DNA from: an uncultured Alphaproteobacteria bacterium
GTDB lineage: Bacteria; Pseudomonadota; Alphaproteobacteria; RF32; CAG-239
Assembly (NCBI GenBank): GCA_944391685.1
Contig: CALXUM010000003.1
Coordinates: forward strand, 73,481 to 137,480
DNA: 64,000 nucleotides
Direction of reading: 5' to 3'
A program made the position numbers and the translations under genes. Position 1 is the stretch's first letter, and each line of letters starts with the position of its first letter. Below the pieces are notes generated by a model. The model was not told the DNA's origin. It did no database searches and saw only the letters and a program-made list of their open reading frames with translations. This document shows positions 43,651-52,842 of this stretch, piece after piece.

Positions 43651-44025
43651 TTATAGGCGTTCTATCTTTTCACTTAAAAAATCGAGGGCTTTATTGAGCT
43701 TTTCATTACCGGAGCTTCGAGATATTCCCAAAGTCGTACAGATAAATTTCCAGCTTTTTCGTTGAGCTTTATACCAAATCAACTTTCTTTCAATCTCAGT
43801 TAGCATTGTAGTCCAATCCAAAACTTCATCAAGTCGTGAGAGTTGTTCGGAAGAGGGGCGCAATCTTATGATACGCGGTTCTTGTTGAAGAATTTCCAAA
43901 GGTGTGTACATGATATCTGGCCAAAAGCTCTTACATTTGGGTAAAGTTACCGGTGGTAGCTTCTTTAAGGTGTAAACAGCTTCCTCAAAGCGGTCTAATA
44001 TTTCCTGTCTTGTCATTTTAGCCAT
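43651..44025 (-). CDS. HTH protein, candidate late-gene regulator
   Basis: Start 'MAKMTRQEILDRF' overlaps the upstream stop (ATGGCTAA). C-terminal 'ERKLIWYKAQRKSWKFICTTLGISRSSGNEKLNKAL' resembles a sigma-70 region 4 / LuxR-type HTH. Confidence 0.5.
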   Translation of the reverse strand: MAKMTRQEILDRFEEAVYTLKKLPPVTLPKCKSFWPDIMYTPLEILQQEPRIIRLRPSSEQLSRLDEVLDWTTMLTEIERKLIWYKAQRKSWKFICTTLGISRSSGNEKLNKALDFLSEKIERL

Positions 44026-44602
44026 GGTACCCTTCCTTTGCCATTTTATCCAAGACACTGTCAAACTCATCAAACAAGCCAAATTCTAGAGCTTTTCGAT
44101 ATTGCATACCGCGCAATTTACAGCCATCATTGCGGTAGCTATATTCCATTTCAAGAAACTCACGCTCGCCGATTGTTTCTTTAAGCAAAGTTGTCATAAT
44201 GTAGTCAACGGCTCTTTTGTAAGTGCTAAGTGTGTATTTGCATTTGTTTCGTTTGATGTCTTGCCTCATCAGCTCAACCTCTAAACACATAAACGCTTTG
44301 GGGGTTTCAGGCATTTTGCTTTTAATTTCTTCTTTATCTTGGTCACTTAGTTCGGCAAGGATATGAGCGAGTTTAGGAAAGCTGGCAACTTTCTTGTATT
44401 TGAAAAGATTAAAACAAGCCTGTTTTAATTGAGCTTCTGAATAATCGCCTAATTCTTTCACCCATTGTTCAATGATTTTTTCAGGCTCTTGTCCGTCTTT
44501 GGGCTTTTTTAGCCAATTCGGCTCACCATATAAGTCATACAAGACTTCAAACACGCAATTCATAACCTTATGCTTCTTATTCAACATATCAACTACAGAC
44601 AT
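44018..44602 (-). CDS. hypothetical early-region protein
   Basis: 194-aa ORF coupled to the replication-organiser-like gene (ATG/TAA overlap at 44602). Confidence 0.4.
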   Translation of the reverse strand: MSVVDMLNKKHKVMNCVFEVLYDLYGEPNWLKKPKDGQEPEKIIEQWVKELGDYSEAQLKQACFNLFKYKKVASFPKLAHILAELSDQDKEEIKSKMPETPKAFMCLEVELMRQDIKRNKCKYTLSTYKRAVDYIMTTLLKETIGEREFLEMEYSYRNDGCKLRGMQYRKALEFGLFDEFDSVLDKMAKEGYHG

Positions 44603-45141
44603 TAGGCTATTCCTTTCGATTTTAGCAATTCAGCAAAAGTCTTCTTAGGGGCTTGTTCATTAGAACTCTTTGATAAAATATCCGAATGTAATGAGGATAT
44701 TTTATTTTTTAAACTATTCTTATATTCTTGAGTCGTGGTCGTTGGTCGGACTTTTGATTGGTCGTTTATTGGACATTTGTCGGACTTTTGGCTGGTCGCT
44801 GGTTGGACTTTGGGCTGGACATTTTCGTTTGTTGTATCTTGAAATAAGCTATAATTTTCAATGGTTATCAAAGAATATTGGTTGGTCGTTTTGATGGATA
44901 TTACGCCGGACATTTTTAGTTTCTCCAGAGATGTCCTTACTTGGCGTTCTGACAGACATAATGCCTGTGCTAACTCGACTCTGCCGGTGATAATTTGTCC
45001 GCGTAATACATCAATATTTCGCCACCGCTTGTCTTCATAGTTAGCGGATAAAAGCAAGTGCATAAATACCCTAAAGGTATTTGCATCACGATACCATTCC
45101 CATTCAATTATTTGACGGTGAATTTTTATCCAGCCACTCAT
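44602..45141 (-). CDS. replication-organiser-like winged-helix protein
   Basis: 179 aa. 'WIKIHRQIIEWEWYRDANTFRVFMHLLLSANYEDK' matches the N-terminal pattern of phage replisome organiser / DnaD-like proteins. Confidence 0.5.
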   Translation of the reverse strand: MSGWIKIHRQIIEWEWYRDANTFRVFMHLLLSANYEDKRWRNIDVLRGQIITGRVELAQALCLSERQVRTSLEKLKMSGVISIKTTNQYSLITIENYSLFQDTTNENVQPKVQPATSQKSDKCPINDQSKVRPTTTTQEYKNSLKNKISSLHSDILSKSSNEQAPKKTFAELLKSKGIA

Positions 45142-45164
45142 AGGAAATATTCCAAGAAAAAAGG

Positions 45165-45365
45165 TTATTTCCTGATAATATTTGTGTTTTGAGCAATATT
45201 TTCGCGTTCAAACGCAATAATACTATCGAGAGAATATAAAATTTTTCTGCCGATTTTGATAAAATGAGGACCAAATCCGTTGGTTCTCCAATGTTCAATC
45301 GTATTAGGATTAAGTTTCCAACGCTGTGATAATTCCTTCGTTGTTAAGTATTTTGTATCTGTCAT
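45165..45365 (-). CDS. AlpA/excisionase-family HTH protein
   Basis: Start 'MTDTKYLTTKELSQRWKLNPNTIEHWR', preceded by AAGGA. MerR-like excisionase HTH pattern. Confidence 0.6.
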   Translation of the reverse strand: MTDTKYLTTKELSQRWKLNPNTIEHWRTNGFGPHFIKIGRKILYSLDSIIAFERENIAQNTNIIRK

Positions 45366-45433
45366 AATTTTTTCCTTAAAAAACATTGAAATTTAGTTTC
45401 AAGTTCATTTTTCTGAAAAAAATTATGATTTAT

Positions 45434-45540
45434 AAGTCGGATAGGTCAGAATAGAACTCGGATTTCCTCGGATATTAAATTATTAAAATATTTAATATGT
45501 TGAAATTTAGGAATTTTTACATCGGATGATTGTCCGACTT
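45434..45540. promoter_or_regulatory. cluster of TCGGAT repeats and inverted repeats in the early intergenic region
   Basis: TCGGAT at 45437, 45458, 45468 and 45522. 8-bp inverted repeat AAGTCGGA (45434-45441) / TCCGACTT (45533-45540). 9-bp inverted repeat ATATTAAAT / ATTTAATAT (45472-45498). Confidence 0.3.
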
Positions 45541-45560
45541 AACTCTTCTCATCTTGTGAA

Positions 45561-46217
45561 TTAATCAATATTTAATCTGTAATATCCTTTTGCCTTATAT
45601 AAAATACGCTCCGAAATAGGGTGAGATTTGAATAAATCCATTAAATGTTGAGTTCTGGCTCCACAATCAAACAAGATCGTTTTTCCAAGAACCCAAGGGT
45701 TGCTAGATAAAGCGGCTTGATATAATATTTTGATAATGCGAGCTTGTAATGGGCCAAAACAAAAATGGGCTTTATGTATTGTTAAAACATTATCACAGAG
45801 TTCAGATTGCTTATTGTTGTCAAATAGGGGCAATTCTTCTTCATAAGATAACTGATGCATTTTTTCAAAATTTTGCAAATCTTTTAAGAAAATCATTAAA
45901 TCTATTCTTTTGATGATAATTTTTTGTGGCTGGATTAAAAATTCTTCCGTTTGTCCATCGTCTGAAACGAATTTACTAATTGCTTGTTTGTGATGTCTAA
46001 ACAAAAAGTGACAATCATCAGGAGAAATACATTTACACCCCGAAAAAACAGAACTATTTCGAGGTGCGTGTTCTTTGGGACTTAACTTAACTGAACAAAC
46101 TTTGATGTAAACCGGTATCAGTCCATTTTCTATGCAATATTCAACGTCTTTTATGCTTCTGCGCCATCTAACTGACACTTCATTCAAATAAAAATAGTTC
46201 TTTGTTGGAAATGGCAT
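45561..46217 (-). CDS. hypothetical protein next to the integrase
   Basis: 218-aa ORF. No domain recognised. Confidence 0.45.
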   Translation of the reverse strand: MPFPTKNYFYLNEVSVRWRRSIKDVEYCIENGLIPVYIKVCSVKLSPKEHAPRNSSVFSGCKCISPDDCHFLFRHHKQAISKFVSDDGQTEEFLIQPQKIIIKRIDLMIFLKDLQNFEKMHQLSYEEELPLFDNNKQSELCDNVLTIHKAHFCFGPLQARIIKILYQAALSSNPWVLGKTILFDCGARTQHLMDLFKSHPISERILYKAKGYYRLNID

Positions 46218-46325
46218 TTTATATAATCCTTAATACTAATTATTAGCCAGCTACTATTAATAGTAATTAATGATTATATATATACTTAAGATGTAGTCAA
46301 GCGATTGGTAATTGTATATAAAGGA

Positions 46326-47501
46326 TCAGAAATTTATAAGCTCTGATATAGTATTCGCTACGTCAAATACAGGTTTATTAGCCAAATGAGCATAATGTTT
46401 AATCATGGCCGTTGATTTATGTCCCAGCATTTTTGCGATTGCCGCTTCACTATGTCCGTGGGATATTGCCATACTTGCCGCAGTATGTCTTAAATCGTGA
46501 ACTCTGAAATTTTTGATGTTTGCATTTTTCATTATAGTATGCCAAGCGGTTTTGAAATCAATATTATGTCCTTTGAAATTTTTTCCTTTGATTATGTATT
46601 CTGATAATTCTCTTTCCGGTCTTGCGTATAATTGATTCAAAATCTCCAGCGCTTTACTGTTTAAGAAAATAGTTTTCTGTCCGGTTTTACTATCCGGCAA
46701 ATTGATTAAAGAATTGTCAAAATCTACCCATTCCCATTTACAAGTGAGAATTTCATTTTTTCTGGCGGCGGTTAAAAGAAGTAGTCTAATAGCGGCAACA
46801 GTATATAGCATCTCAGGAGTTCTTTTTTCTGCTTTTCTTAATTCTTCTGAGAAACGCTCCATTTCCTCGGAGCTTAAATATCTTATTCTTAATTCCTCTT
46901 TATATCTTTGAACACAAGTGCAGGGGTTTGAGTTTGGGGTTCTTAATTTCCATTTTTCCATAAGATTAAAAAGTAAATTGAGTAAGCTCAGCATTCTGTT
47001 GGCATTATATTTAACGCGAGCCAAAGACCTATGCAAATGCTCAATATCAAGATTATTAATGTCAGTGATTTTTCTATTTCCTAAAACCGGCTTTATATAG
47101 AGCCGCCATAATTGCTCGTTGTTCTTCAAATATGTTTCTTTGTTTTCTTTGAGTTCCACATAATCTCTTTTGAATACTTCCCAAAATTCCGCTAAGGTAT
47201 CAGCTTTTCTTAAAGAAGCTTTTTCTTCTTGAGGGTCTTTGCCATCGCGTATCATTAAAAAAAGTTTGGCGGCTTCTTCTCTTGCTTCCTTGCAACTTAA
47301 ATTTTGGATATCACCAAAAATATACCAGCGCTGAACGGCATTTCTTCCACCCATTGAAGTCCTGTATTTAATAACATATTTCTTTTGGCCATTAGGGATA
47401 ACTTTTAAGGCGAATCCTTTAACCATATCGTCCCAAATATAATAAATCTTATCTTTGATTTCAGCATTGTTAATGATTGAAGATGTTAAAACTGGCATCA
47501 A
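46326..47501 (-). CDS. int: tyrosine recombinase / phage integrase (P4-type with DUF4102-like N-terminus)
   Basis: 391 aa. 'YIWDDMVKGFALKVIPNGQKKYVIKYR', 'ARKNEIL', 'HDLRHTAASMAISHG' and 'LGHKSTAMIKHYAH' (R..HxxR..Y). Confidence 0.9.
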   Translation of the reverse strand: MMPVLTSSIINNAEIKDKIYYIWDDMVKGFALKVIPNGQKKYVIKYRTSMGGRNAVQRWYIFGDIQNLSCKEAREEAAKLFLMIRDGKDPQEEKASLRKADTLAEFWEVFKRDYVELKENKETYLKNNEQLWRLYIKPVLGNRKITDINNLDIEHLHRSLARVKYNANRMLSLLNLLFNLMEKWKLRTPNSNPCTCVQRYKEELRIRYLSSEEMERFSEELRKAEKRTPEMLYTVAAIRLLLLTAARKNEILTCKWEWVDFDNSLINLPDSKTGQKTIFLNSKALEILNQLYARPERELSEYIIKGKNFKGHNIDFKTAWHTIMKNANIKNFRVHDLRHTAASMAISHGHSEAAIAKMLGHKSTAMIKHYAHLANKPVFDVANTISELINF

Positions 47502-47677
47502 ATTTCTCCATAAAATAAATTAACCTTTCGTTAATATTCTAGCTTATGGGGGGTCGGAAGCAAGCTCTTTTTTAGGAAAATCAATAACTTACATCTAAAG
47601 ACAGTTTAATCCATAAAAATATGTTGATAAATTTTATATGCTATAACTTATTGAATTTTAATGATAATTTTTGGTTG

Positions 47678-47697
47678 GTGGTAGCTCGGTGGTAGCT
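47678..47697. repeat. left arm of a 20-bp perfect inverted repeat flanking tRNA-Thr
   Basis: GTGGTAGCTCGGTGGTAGCT. It is itself an 11-bp tandem (GGTGGTAGCTN x2). Its reverse complement lies at 47930-47949. Confidence 0.8.
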
Positions 47698-47751
47698 TGA
47701 GCTATAAAAAGAGGATAAAAACGCTATTTTTGAGTTGAATTTAATAGACTA

Positions 47752-47786
47752 AAAAAAGAAAAAAGCCCTTGAATTTCAAGGGCTTG
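47752..47786 (-). terminator. rho-independent terminator of tRNA-Thr
   Basis: AAGCCCTTGAA-a-TTCAAGGGCTT followed by TTTTTTCTTTTTTT on the minus strand, a few nt after the tRNA 3' end. Confidence 0.6.
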
Positions 47787-47791
47787 GAAAC

Positions 47792-47867
47792 TGGTGCCGA
47801 TTGAGAGACTTGAACTCCCGACCCACTGATTACAAATCAGTTGCTCTACCAACTGAGCTAAATCGGC
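47792..47867 (-). tRNA. tRNA-Thr (anticodon UGU), CCA encoded
   Basis: Reverse complement GCCGATTTAGCTCAGTTGGTAGAGCAACTGATTTGTAATCAGTGGGTCGGGAGTTCAAGTCTCTCAATCGGCACCA folds by hand into a cloverleaf: 7-bp acceptor stem, D arm GCTC/GAGC, anticodon stem ACTGA/TCAGT with loop TTTGTAA, and T loop TTCAAGT. Confidence 0.9.
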
Positions 47868-47929
47868 ATAAAAAAACTAAAATTTTTCAAATCAACTTCA
47901 TACAAATAAATACAATAATTCTTAAATTG

Positions 47930-47949
47930 AGCTACCACCGAGCTACCAC
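47930..47949. repeat. right arm of the 20-bp inverted repeat flanking tRNA-Thr
   Basis: AGCTACCACCGAGCTACCAC is the exact reverse complement of 47678-47697. Confidence 0.8.
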
Positions 47950-48065
47950 GCTCTTTACTGTTGGCTCCATTTAGCGATTCCAACATACAGCTCAAATTTA
48001 GTACATCATATTGTTTATAAAAGAAAATCATTTAAAATCAACCTTTTATAAACATGACTTGCAAC

Positions 48066-48109
48066 GATTACAAATCAGTTGCTCTACCAACTGAGCTAAA
48101 TCGGCATAA
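48066..48109 (-). pseudogene. orphan 5' half of tRNA-Thr (44-bp direct repeat of 47828-47871)
   Basis: GATTACAAATCAGTTGCTCTACCAACTGAGCTAAATCGGCATAA is identical at both places. The copy ends inside the anticodon loop and no 3' half follows it. Confidence 0.8.
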
Positions 48110-48336
48110 CGGTGCCTTTATAATAGATGAAAAATATATTGTCAATATTTTTTATAGTTAAAATCTTAGAATGTTAATTGTAAATTTTTTTAAATGCATA
48201 TATTGTTTTTTATGAAAAAAATATAATATTGAAAAATAGTTTTTTGTCATTGATATAATAACTTCTTTTATTATTGACGATAAATGCTATTAAATTTATA
48301 ACAATAACAGAGTTTTTTATAAAAAGGTTGTGTTTG

Positions 48337-49332
48337 ATGGCTTTTAAAACTAAAAGAATATTAAAAAAAGCAGTTTCTTGGGCAGGGCTTTTTTTCTTTG
48401 CCGTTGCCGCATATATGTTATATGTGCAGCTTTCTAAATATAGTCTTGATGATATTAAAGAAGCTTTGCTTAGTATCCCGGCTGAAAATTTGTGGCTAGC
48501 TTGTACGGCATCCTTTTTTGGCTATGTTGCACTGTCATCATATGATTATTTGGCATTGAGGTATGTCGGACGTAAATTGGCCGCTTGGAAATGGATCTTT
48601 GCCGGATTTATAGGTTTTTCTGTTAGTAATAACGCCGGACATGCCATTGTTTCGGGAGGAACGATCAGATATCGTCTTTATACCAGATGGCGTTTCAGAG
48701 GTGCTGAAATTGTGAGAATGGTAACCTTCTCCGGTTTTACGTATTTGGTAGCATGCTTCTTTCTCATAATAGTGGGATATTTTTTGACTCCTAACCATGC
48801 TTTTGGAGAAGGTTCGGTTTCTAAAGTGACGACAGAAGTTATTACTTTGGTCTCGGCTTTAGGATTATTAGTATATTTTGGTGCCAGCTTATTTTATAAA
48901 AAGCCGATAATTATTAAGGAGATAGAATTTGATATACCGTCATTTAAAATGGCTATGGCTCAGGTTTTTATCGGGGGAGCTGATATTTTAATGGCGTCAT
49001 TGGTGCTGTATTTTTCTCTCATCCCGTTTGTAGATATTTCTTTTGATGTGTTTATCGGAGTGTTTATTATTGCTCAAGTTTTGGGTGTATTTAGTCAAGT
49101 TCCCGGAGGACTAGGCGTATTTGAAGGATTATTTATGTTTATTATCCCCGGTGAACATAATCAGGCAGCATTGTTCGGAGCATTGATTGCTTATCGTATA
49201 ATATATTATTTGTTACCGTTGGTTTTATCAGGGGTTGTGCTTATCGGCTATGAAGCTTATTTGAAATATGTTAAAAAGCAACAACTGGAAAGATTAAAGA
49301 TTTTTAATGCAAAAAAAATGCATGAAATGTAA
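48337..49332 (+). CDS. UPF0104 / lysylphosphatidylglycerol-synthase TM-region-like membrane protein
   Basis: Polytopic membrane protein starting 'MAFKTKRILKK'. 'GGTIRYRLY' and 'VPGGLGVFEG' resemble LPG_synthase_TM family motifs. Confidence 0.6.
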   Translation: MAFKTKRILKKAVSWAGLFFFAVAAYMLYVQLSKYSLDDIKEALLSIPAENLWLACTASFFGYVALSSYDYLALRYVGRKLAAWKWIFAGFIGFSVSNNAGHAIVSGGTIRYRLYTRWRFRGAEIVRMVTFSGFTYLVACFFLIIVGYFLTPNHAFGEGSVSKVTTEVITLVSALGLLVYFGASLFYKKPIIIKEIEFDIPSFKMAMAQVFIGGADILMASLVLYFSLIPFVDISFDVFIGVFIIAQVLGVFSQVPGGLGVFEGLFMFIIPGEHNQAALFGALIAYRIIYYLLPLVLSGVVLIGYEAYLKYVKKQQLERLKIFNAKKMHEM

Positions 49333-49333
49333 G

Positions 49334-49368
49334 AAAACTCCCGAAGATTTTCCTTCGGGAGTTTTTTT
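49334..49368. terminator. bidirectional rho-independent terminator
   Basis: AAAACTCCCGAAG-attttc-CTTCGGGAGTTTTTTT between convergent genes. Confidence 0.65.
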
Positions 49369-49378
49369 AGTTAAAGGT

Positions 49379-49582
49379 TTATAATAACTTTAGATTTCCG
49401 GCGGCAATGCGTCCACGATCATTATAAGTTTCATAACTTATTTTTTGGTGTTCTTTGAGTTCTTTGAGGCCAATTTTTTCAAGTTGGCAAGCATGAACAA
49501 AAACGTCTTTGTCGTTGTCAATTGGAGAGATAAAGCCATATCCTTTTTTGGTATTATACCATTTTACTGTGCCTATGGACAT
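49379..49582 (-). CDS. cold-shock domain protein (CspA family)
   Basis: 'MSIGTVKWYNTKKGYGFISP...DVFVH' contains the RNP1/RNP2 motifs. The internal Met start gives 67 aa. Confidence 0.9.
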   Translation of the reverse strand: MSIGTVKWYNTKKGYGFISPIDNDKDVFVHACQLEKIGLKELKEHQKISYETYNDRGRIAAGNLKLL

Positions 49583-49691
49583 ATTTTTTTCCTTTGTAAA
49601 CATTTGTACTTTAGCAATCATAGATTTATTATATTCTAATATGCTACTATTAGTTTAGCTAATAAACTTTATTTGTCAAGGAATTTTTTGT

Positions 49692-50159
49692 CTATTGATT
49701 GCCTAAAAAATCATTTACCTCTTCGATGAAATATTCCTTAAAGCTTATAGGGTCAGAGGTCATGTTTTGAAGATTTTCTATTTTTTGATAACCAAAAGTT
49801 GCTCCATCATCAACTCTTACTAATACAACTTCCAGTGGTTGTGATAATTGATAAGTATTGATAAAGTTATTTTCATCATCATTAGCATAGTTGATTATAA
49901 ACATGTTATATTGGTCAATAAAGTTTTGATTATATATGTTTTCAATCATTTCAATGGTGTCGGCACAAGTGTAGCAGGGTTGATTGTTGAAAAAAATATA
50001 AATGATTGATTTAGAATAATCGTTTTGTGCGGCGGAAAAATATTCTTGCATTCCTTGGTTAGGCATATAACCATCAGTATCTTGGACCTGAGCTTGCAGA
50101 GGTGAAGATATTGAAAAGGAAGCAATCAGTGTAAGTAAAATATATTTTTTCATTTGCAA
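49692..50159 (-). CDS. secreted thioredoxin-fold-like protein (tentative)
   Basis: Signal peptide 'MKKYILLTLIASFSISSPLQA' and a CxxC motif 'CYTC'. Confidence 0.4.
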   Translation of the reverse strand: MQMKKYILLTLIASFSISSPLQAQVQDTDGYMPNQGMQEYFSAAQNDYSKSIIYIFFNNQPCYTCADTIEMIENIYNQNFIDQYNMFIINYANDDENNFINTYQLSQPLEVVLVRVDDGATFGYQKIENLQNMTSDPISFKEYFIEEVNDFLGNQ

Positions 50160-50209
50160 ATACTCCTTTCACTTAGCAATGAAACGGGATATTTGCCGCA
50201 ACATTACCG

Positions 50210-51877
50210 TTAAAGTGGTGAGCAGGCATCTTTTAGCCAAGGCATAATTTCTTCAGGAGCCAATGGTAATAATTTTGAAAGTACTAGCTCATGATAATCA
50301 TTAAGCCATTTTATTTCCTGTTCGTTTAAGAGATATTTATTGATTAGACGTTTATCAATAGGCACAAGTGTTAAAGGTTCAAATTTTAACATGGAAATTT
50401 TTTCATCTTGAATAATTTTATATAGATTTTCAATGCGAATACCATAGGCGTTTTCAAGATAATATCCTGGCTCAATAGATGTTACCATGCCTGCTTTAAG
50501 AGGAGAGTTATTTGCTCGAGGAGAAAGACTGTTGGGACCCTCATGTACATTTAGAAAATGCCCCACACCATGTCCGGTTCCGTGTTTATAATCTTTGCCA
50601 AAATGCCAAAGCTCGGCTCTGGAGATTGTATCAAGACAGCTTCCGTTAGTATTTTCGGGAAAACAGGCAGAAGCGGCAGAAATGTGAGCTTTTAATACTT
50701 GAGTGAAGCTGTCAATAATTTCAGCTGATGGCTTTCCAATGGCAATTGTACGAGTGATATCGGTGGTACCGTCATAATATTGAGCTCCGCTGTCTAATAA
50801 AAGTACGGAATCGGCTTTTAAGTGTTTGTTGGTTTGTTTGTTGGGTTGGTAGTGGACAATAGCAGCGTTTTCAGCAAAAGCGGCAATGGTGGCAAAACTG
50901 TCAGAATAAAAATTTTCTTCATTTGAACGTAATTCATGCAACTTTTGAACAATGCCAAGTTCATCACTGCGATACCAATTTTTATTGAGCCAGTATAAGA
51001 ACCTGCAAACGGCTATGCCATCACGAAGGTGGCAATTGGTAAATCCTGAAATCTCAACCGGATTTTTAACGGCTTTCCAAAGCTGAATCGGGTTAACAAT
51101 ATTATTAATCCAAACACGATGGTCTTTCATAATGGTTTGAATTTTTTTAGGGGTATGATTAAACGAAAGACCGATGTTTAAGCCTTTGTAATGAGCAATT
51201 TCGGTTTCTATTTTTTGCATGTCAGAGGTAAATAAACTAACTTCACCACTTTTATCAATAAGGGCAAAAGCTCTAATTATCGGAGTATCTCTTAAGCAAT
51301 CAGAACGCAAATTCATAAGCCATGATACGGCATCGCATTCGGTAATAAAAAATGCATCAAGTTCATTTTTGAGCATAAATTCGGTAAGGTAAGATATTTT
51401 TTCTTCAACCGAAATGCCGGCATATTCTATATCATGTTCAAATATGTTTACCGTTTTATTGTAAATTCTTGAACCGAGGAGGGATTTGGTATCTTCTTTG
51501 AAAGTATGTTTTTTTAAAGCACGGTTCCAGTAATCAATTTCACTGATTGAGTGACACCAAGGATCGTAGCCAAAAGTGCAGGGATTATCAATATTATTAT
51601 GAATCCAAGAGCCAATAGAATCGTTGGTACAAATAACGGTTATTTTATTGGTGTCAACTTGTTTTGAGGCTTGAATTTCATAGCGGCCGTCAACAAGTAA
51701 AAAAGCTTTATCTCGGAATATTATGAGGTTGCCGGCAGAGCCATCAAAGTTTGATATTTCTTTGACTTTGTTTTCTTCTTCTAAAACATCTTGACCAAGA
51801 AACATATTGTTACGAGTAACAATATAAGCATCAAGATTGTTTTTTATTAACTTTTTTTGGAGTTCTTCTAGGGTCAT
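50210..51877 (-). CDS. pepP: Xaa-Pro aminopeptidase (M24 family)
   Basis: 555 aa. 'LLDSGAQYYDGTTDITRT', 'HGTGHGVGHFLNVHEGP' and 'SIEPGYY' are metal-ligand motifs. Confidence 0.85.
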   Translation of the reverse strand: MTLEELQKKLIKNNLDAYIVTRNNMFLGQDVLEEENKVKEISNFDGSAGNLIIFRDKAFLLVDGRYEIQASKQVDTNKITVICTNDSIGSWIHNNIDNPCTFGYDPWCHSISEIDYWNRALKKHTFKEDTKSLLGSRIYNKTVNIFEHDIEYAGISVEEKISYLTEFMLKNELDAFFITECDAVSWLMNLRSDCLRDTPIIRAFALIDKSGEVSLFTSDMQKIETEIAHYKGLNIGLSFNHTPKKIQTIMKDHRVWINNIVNPIQLWKAVKNPVEISGFTNCHLRDGIAVCRFLYWLNKNWYRSDELGIVQKLHELRSNEENFYSDSFATIAAFAENAAIVHYQPNKQTNKHLKADSVLLLDSGAQYYDGTTDITRTIAIGKPSAEIIDSFTQVLKAHISAASACFPENTNGSCLDTISRAELWHFGKDYKHGTGHGVGHFLNVHEGPNSLSPRANNSPLKAGMVTSIEPGYYLENAYGIRIENLYKIIQDEKISMLKFEPLTLVPIDKRLINKYLLNEQEIKWLNDYHELVLSKLLPLAPEEIMPWLKDACSPL

Positions 51878-51881
51878 GTCT

Positions 51882-52742
51882 TTATACTTTCTTCATTAAA
51901 GCGGCTCGCCAATTGTCAAGCTCATAAAGTTTTTTTAATTTAAGTCCAAGGGATTGGTGAGAAGATATAATCCAATCACTTTGATCATCAACAAAGCCGG
52001 ATAAAATGCAGTAGCCATTTGCAGCAAGATTATGTTGTAGATCAGTTGCCATGGAAATTAGCGGACGAGCTAAAATGTTGGCTAAAATTAAATCATAGGG
52101 AGCATTATCTTTTACTACAGATGCCTTATAGCCGTCACTTTGTTCAACAATTATGTTTTTTGCCTCATTGGTTGTGGCATTGCTACGTGTTACCAAAACT
52201 GCTTCTTCATCAATATCAACGGCAATTATTTTTGCCTTTGGCCAAAGTTTGGAAGCCGCTAAAGATAAGATACCAGATCCGGTACCGACATCTAAAATTT
52301 TATGAGGCTTGAATCCTTGATGGTATAATTCGCTTAATCCTTTAAGGCAGGAGCGGGTGGTTTGATGATCAGAACCAAAAGCGGTGGCCGCATATATTTG
52401 CAGTGGTATTTTTGAACTTTTGGGGGCTTGTTTTTCATGTATGCCGTAGATAATAAAATCTTCAGTTTCAAAAGGATCAAATTTGATAACATAATCTTTG
52501 AGCCAATTATTACTTTCCAAAAACTCTATTTTATATGGAGGAAGGACAACTCCGGTTTCATGAGCATATTGATTCATCGCATTTTCATCAAAACTACCGC
52601 TTTGATAACCAATATATTCATCATTTTCATCATCAGAGTAGTTTTGAGCTGAGACCTCAAAATAGTTTTCCATAAAATTTTCAAATTCGCTTGAAACAGG
52701 TGCTTTAGGAAAAAAAGTTACCTGCCAACAACTGCTCATCAT
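51882..52742 (-). CDS. prmA: ribosomal protein L11 methyltransferase
   Basis: 286 aa. 'FGSDHQTTRSCL', 'ILDVGTGSGILSLAA', 'AVDIDEEAV' and 'DLILANIL'. Confidence 0.8.
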   Translation of the reverse strand: MMSSCWQVTFFPKAPVSSEFENFMENYFEVSAQNYSDDENDEYIGYQSGSFDENAMNQYAHETGVVLPPYKIEFLESNNWLKDYVIKFDPFETEDFIIYGIHEKQAPKSSKIPLQIYAATAFGSDHQTTRSCLKGLSELYHQGFKPHKILDVGTGSGILSLAASKLWPKAKIIAVDIDEEAVLVTRSNATTNEAKNIIVEQSDGYKASVVKDNAPYDLILANILARPLISMATDLQHNLAANGYCILSGFVDDQSDWIISSHQSLGLKLKKLYELDNWRAALMKKV

Positions 52743-52842
52743 AAAATTATCCTCGTGCTTATAAACATTTATTTACTAAAATAAGATTATAGTATAATAA
52801 TTAAAAATAAATTTAATTTGTTAAATTGAAAAGGCCTTAAAG

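Noticed and set aside
47502-47791. Direct repeat of the tRNA 3' end, or another clear att core shared with the 17.2-17.6 kb region
   Set aside because: By eye I found only AT-rich partial matches, one of them in inverted orientation. None was convincing. A proper alignment is needed.
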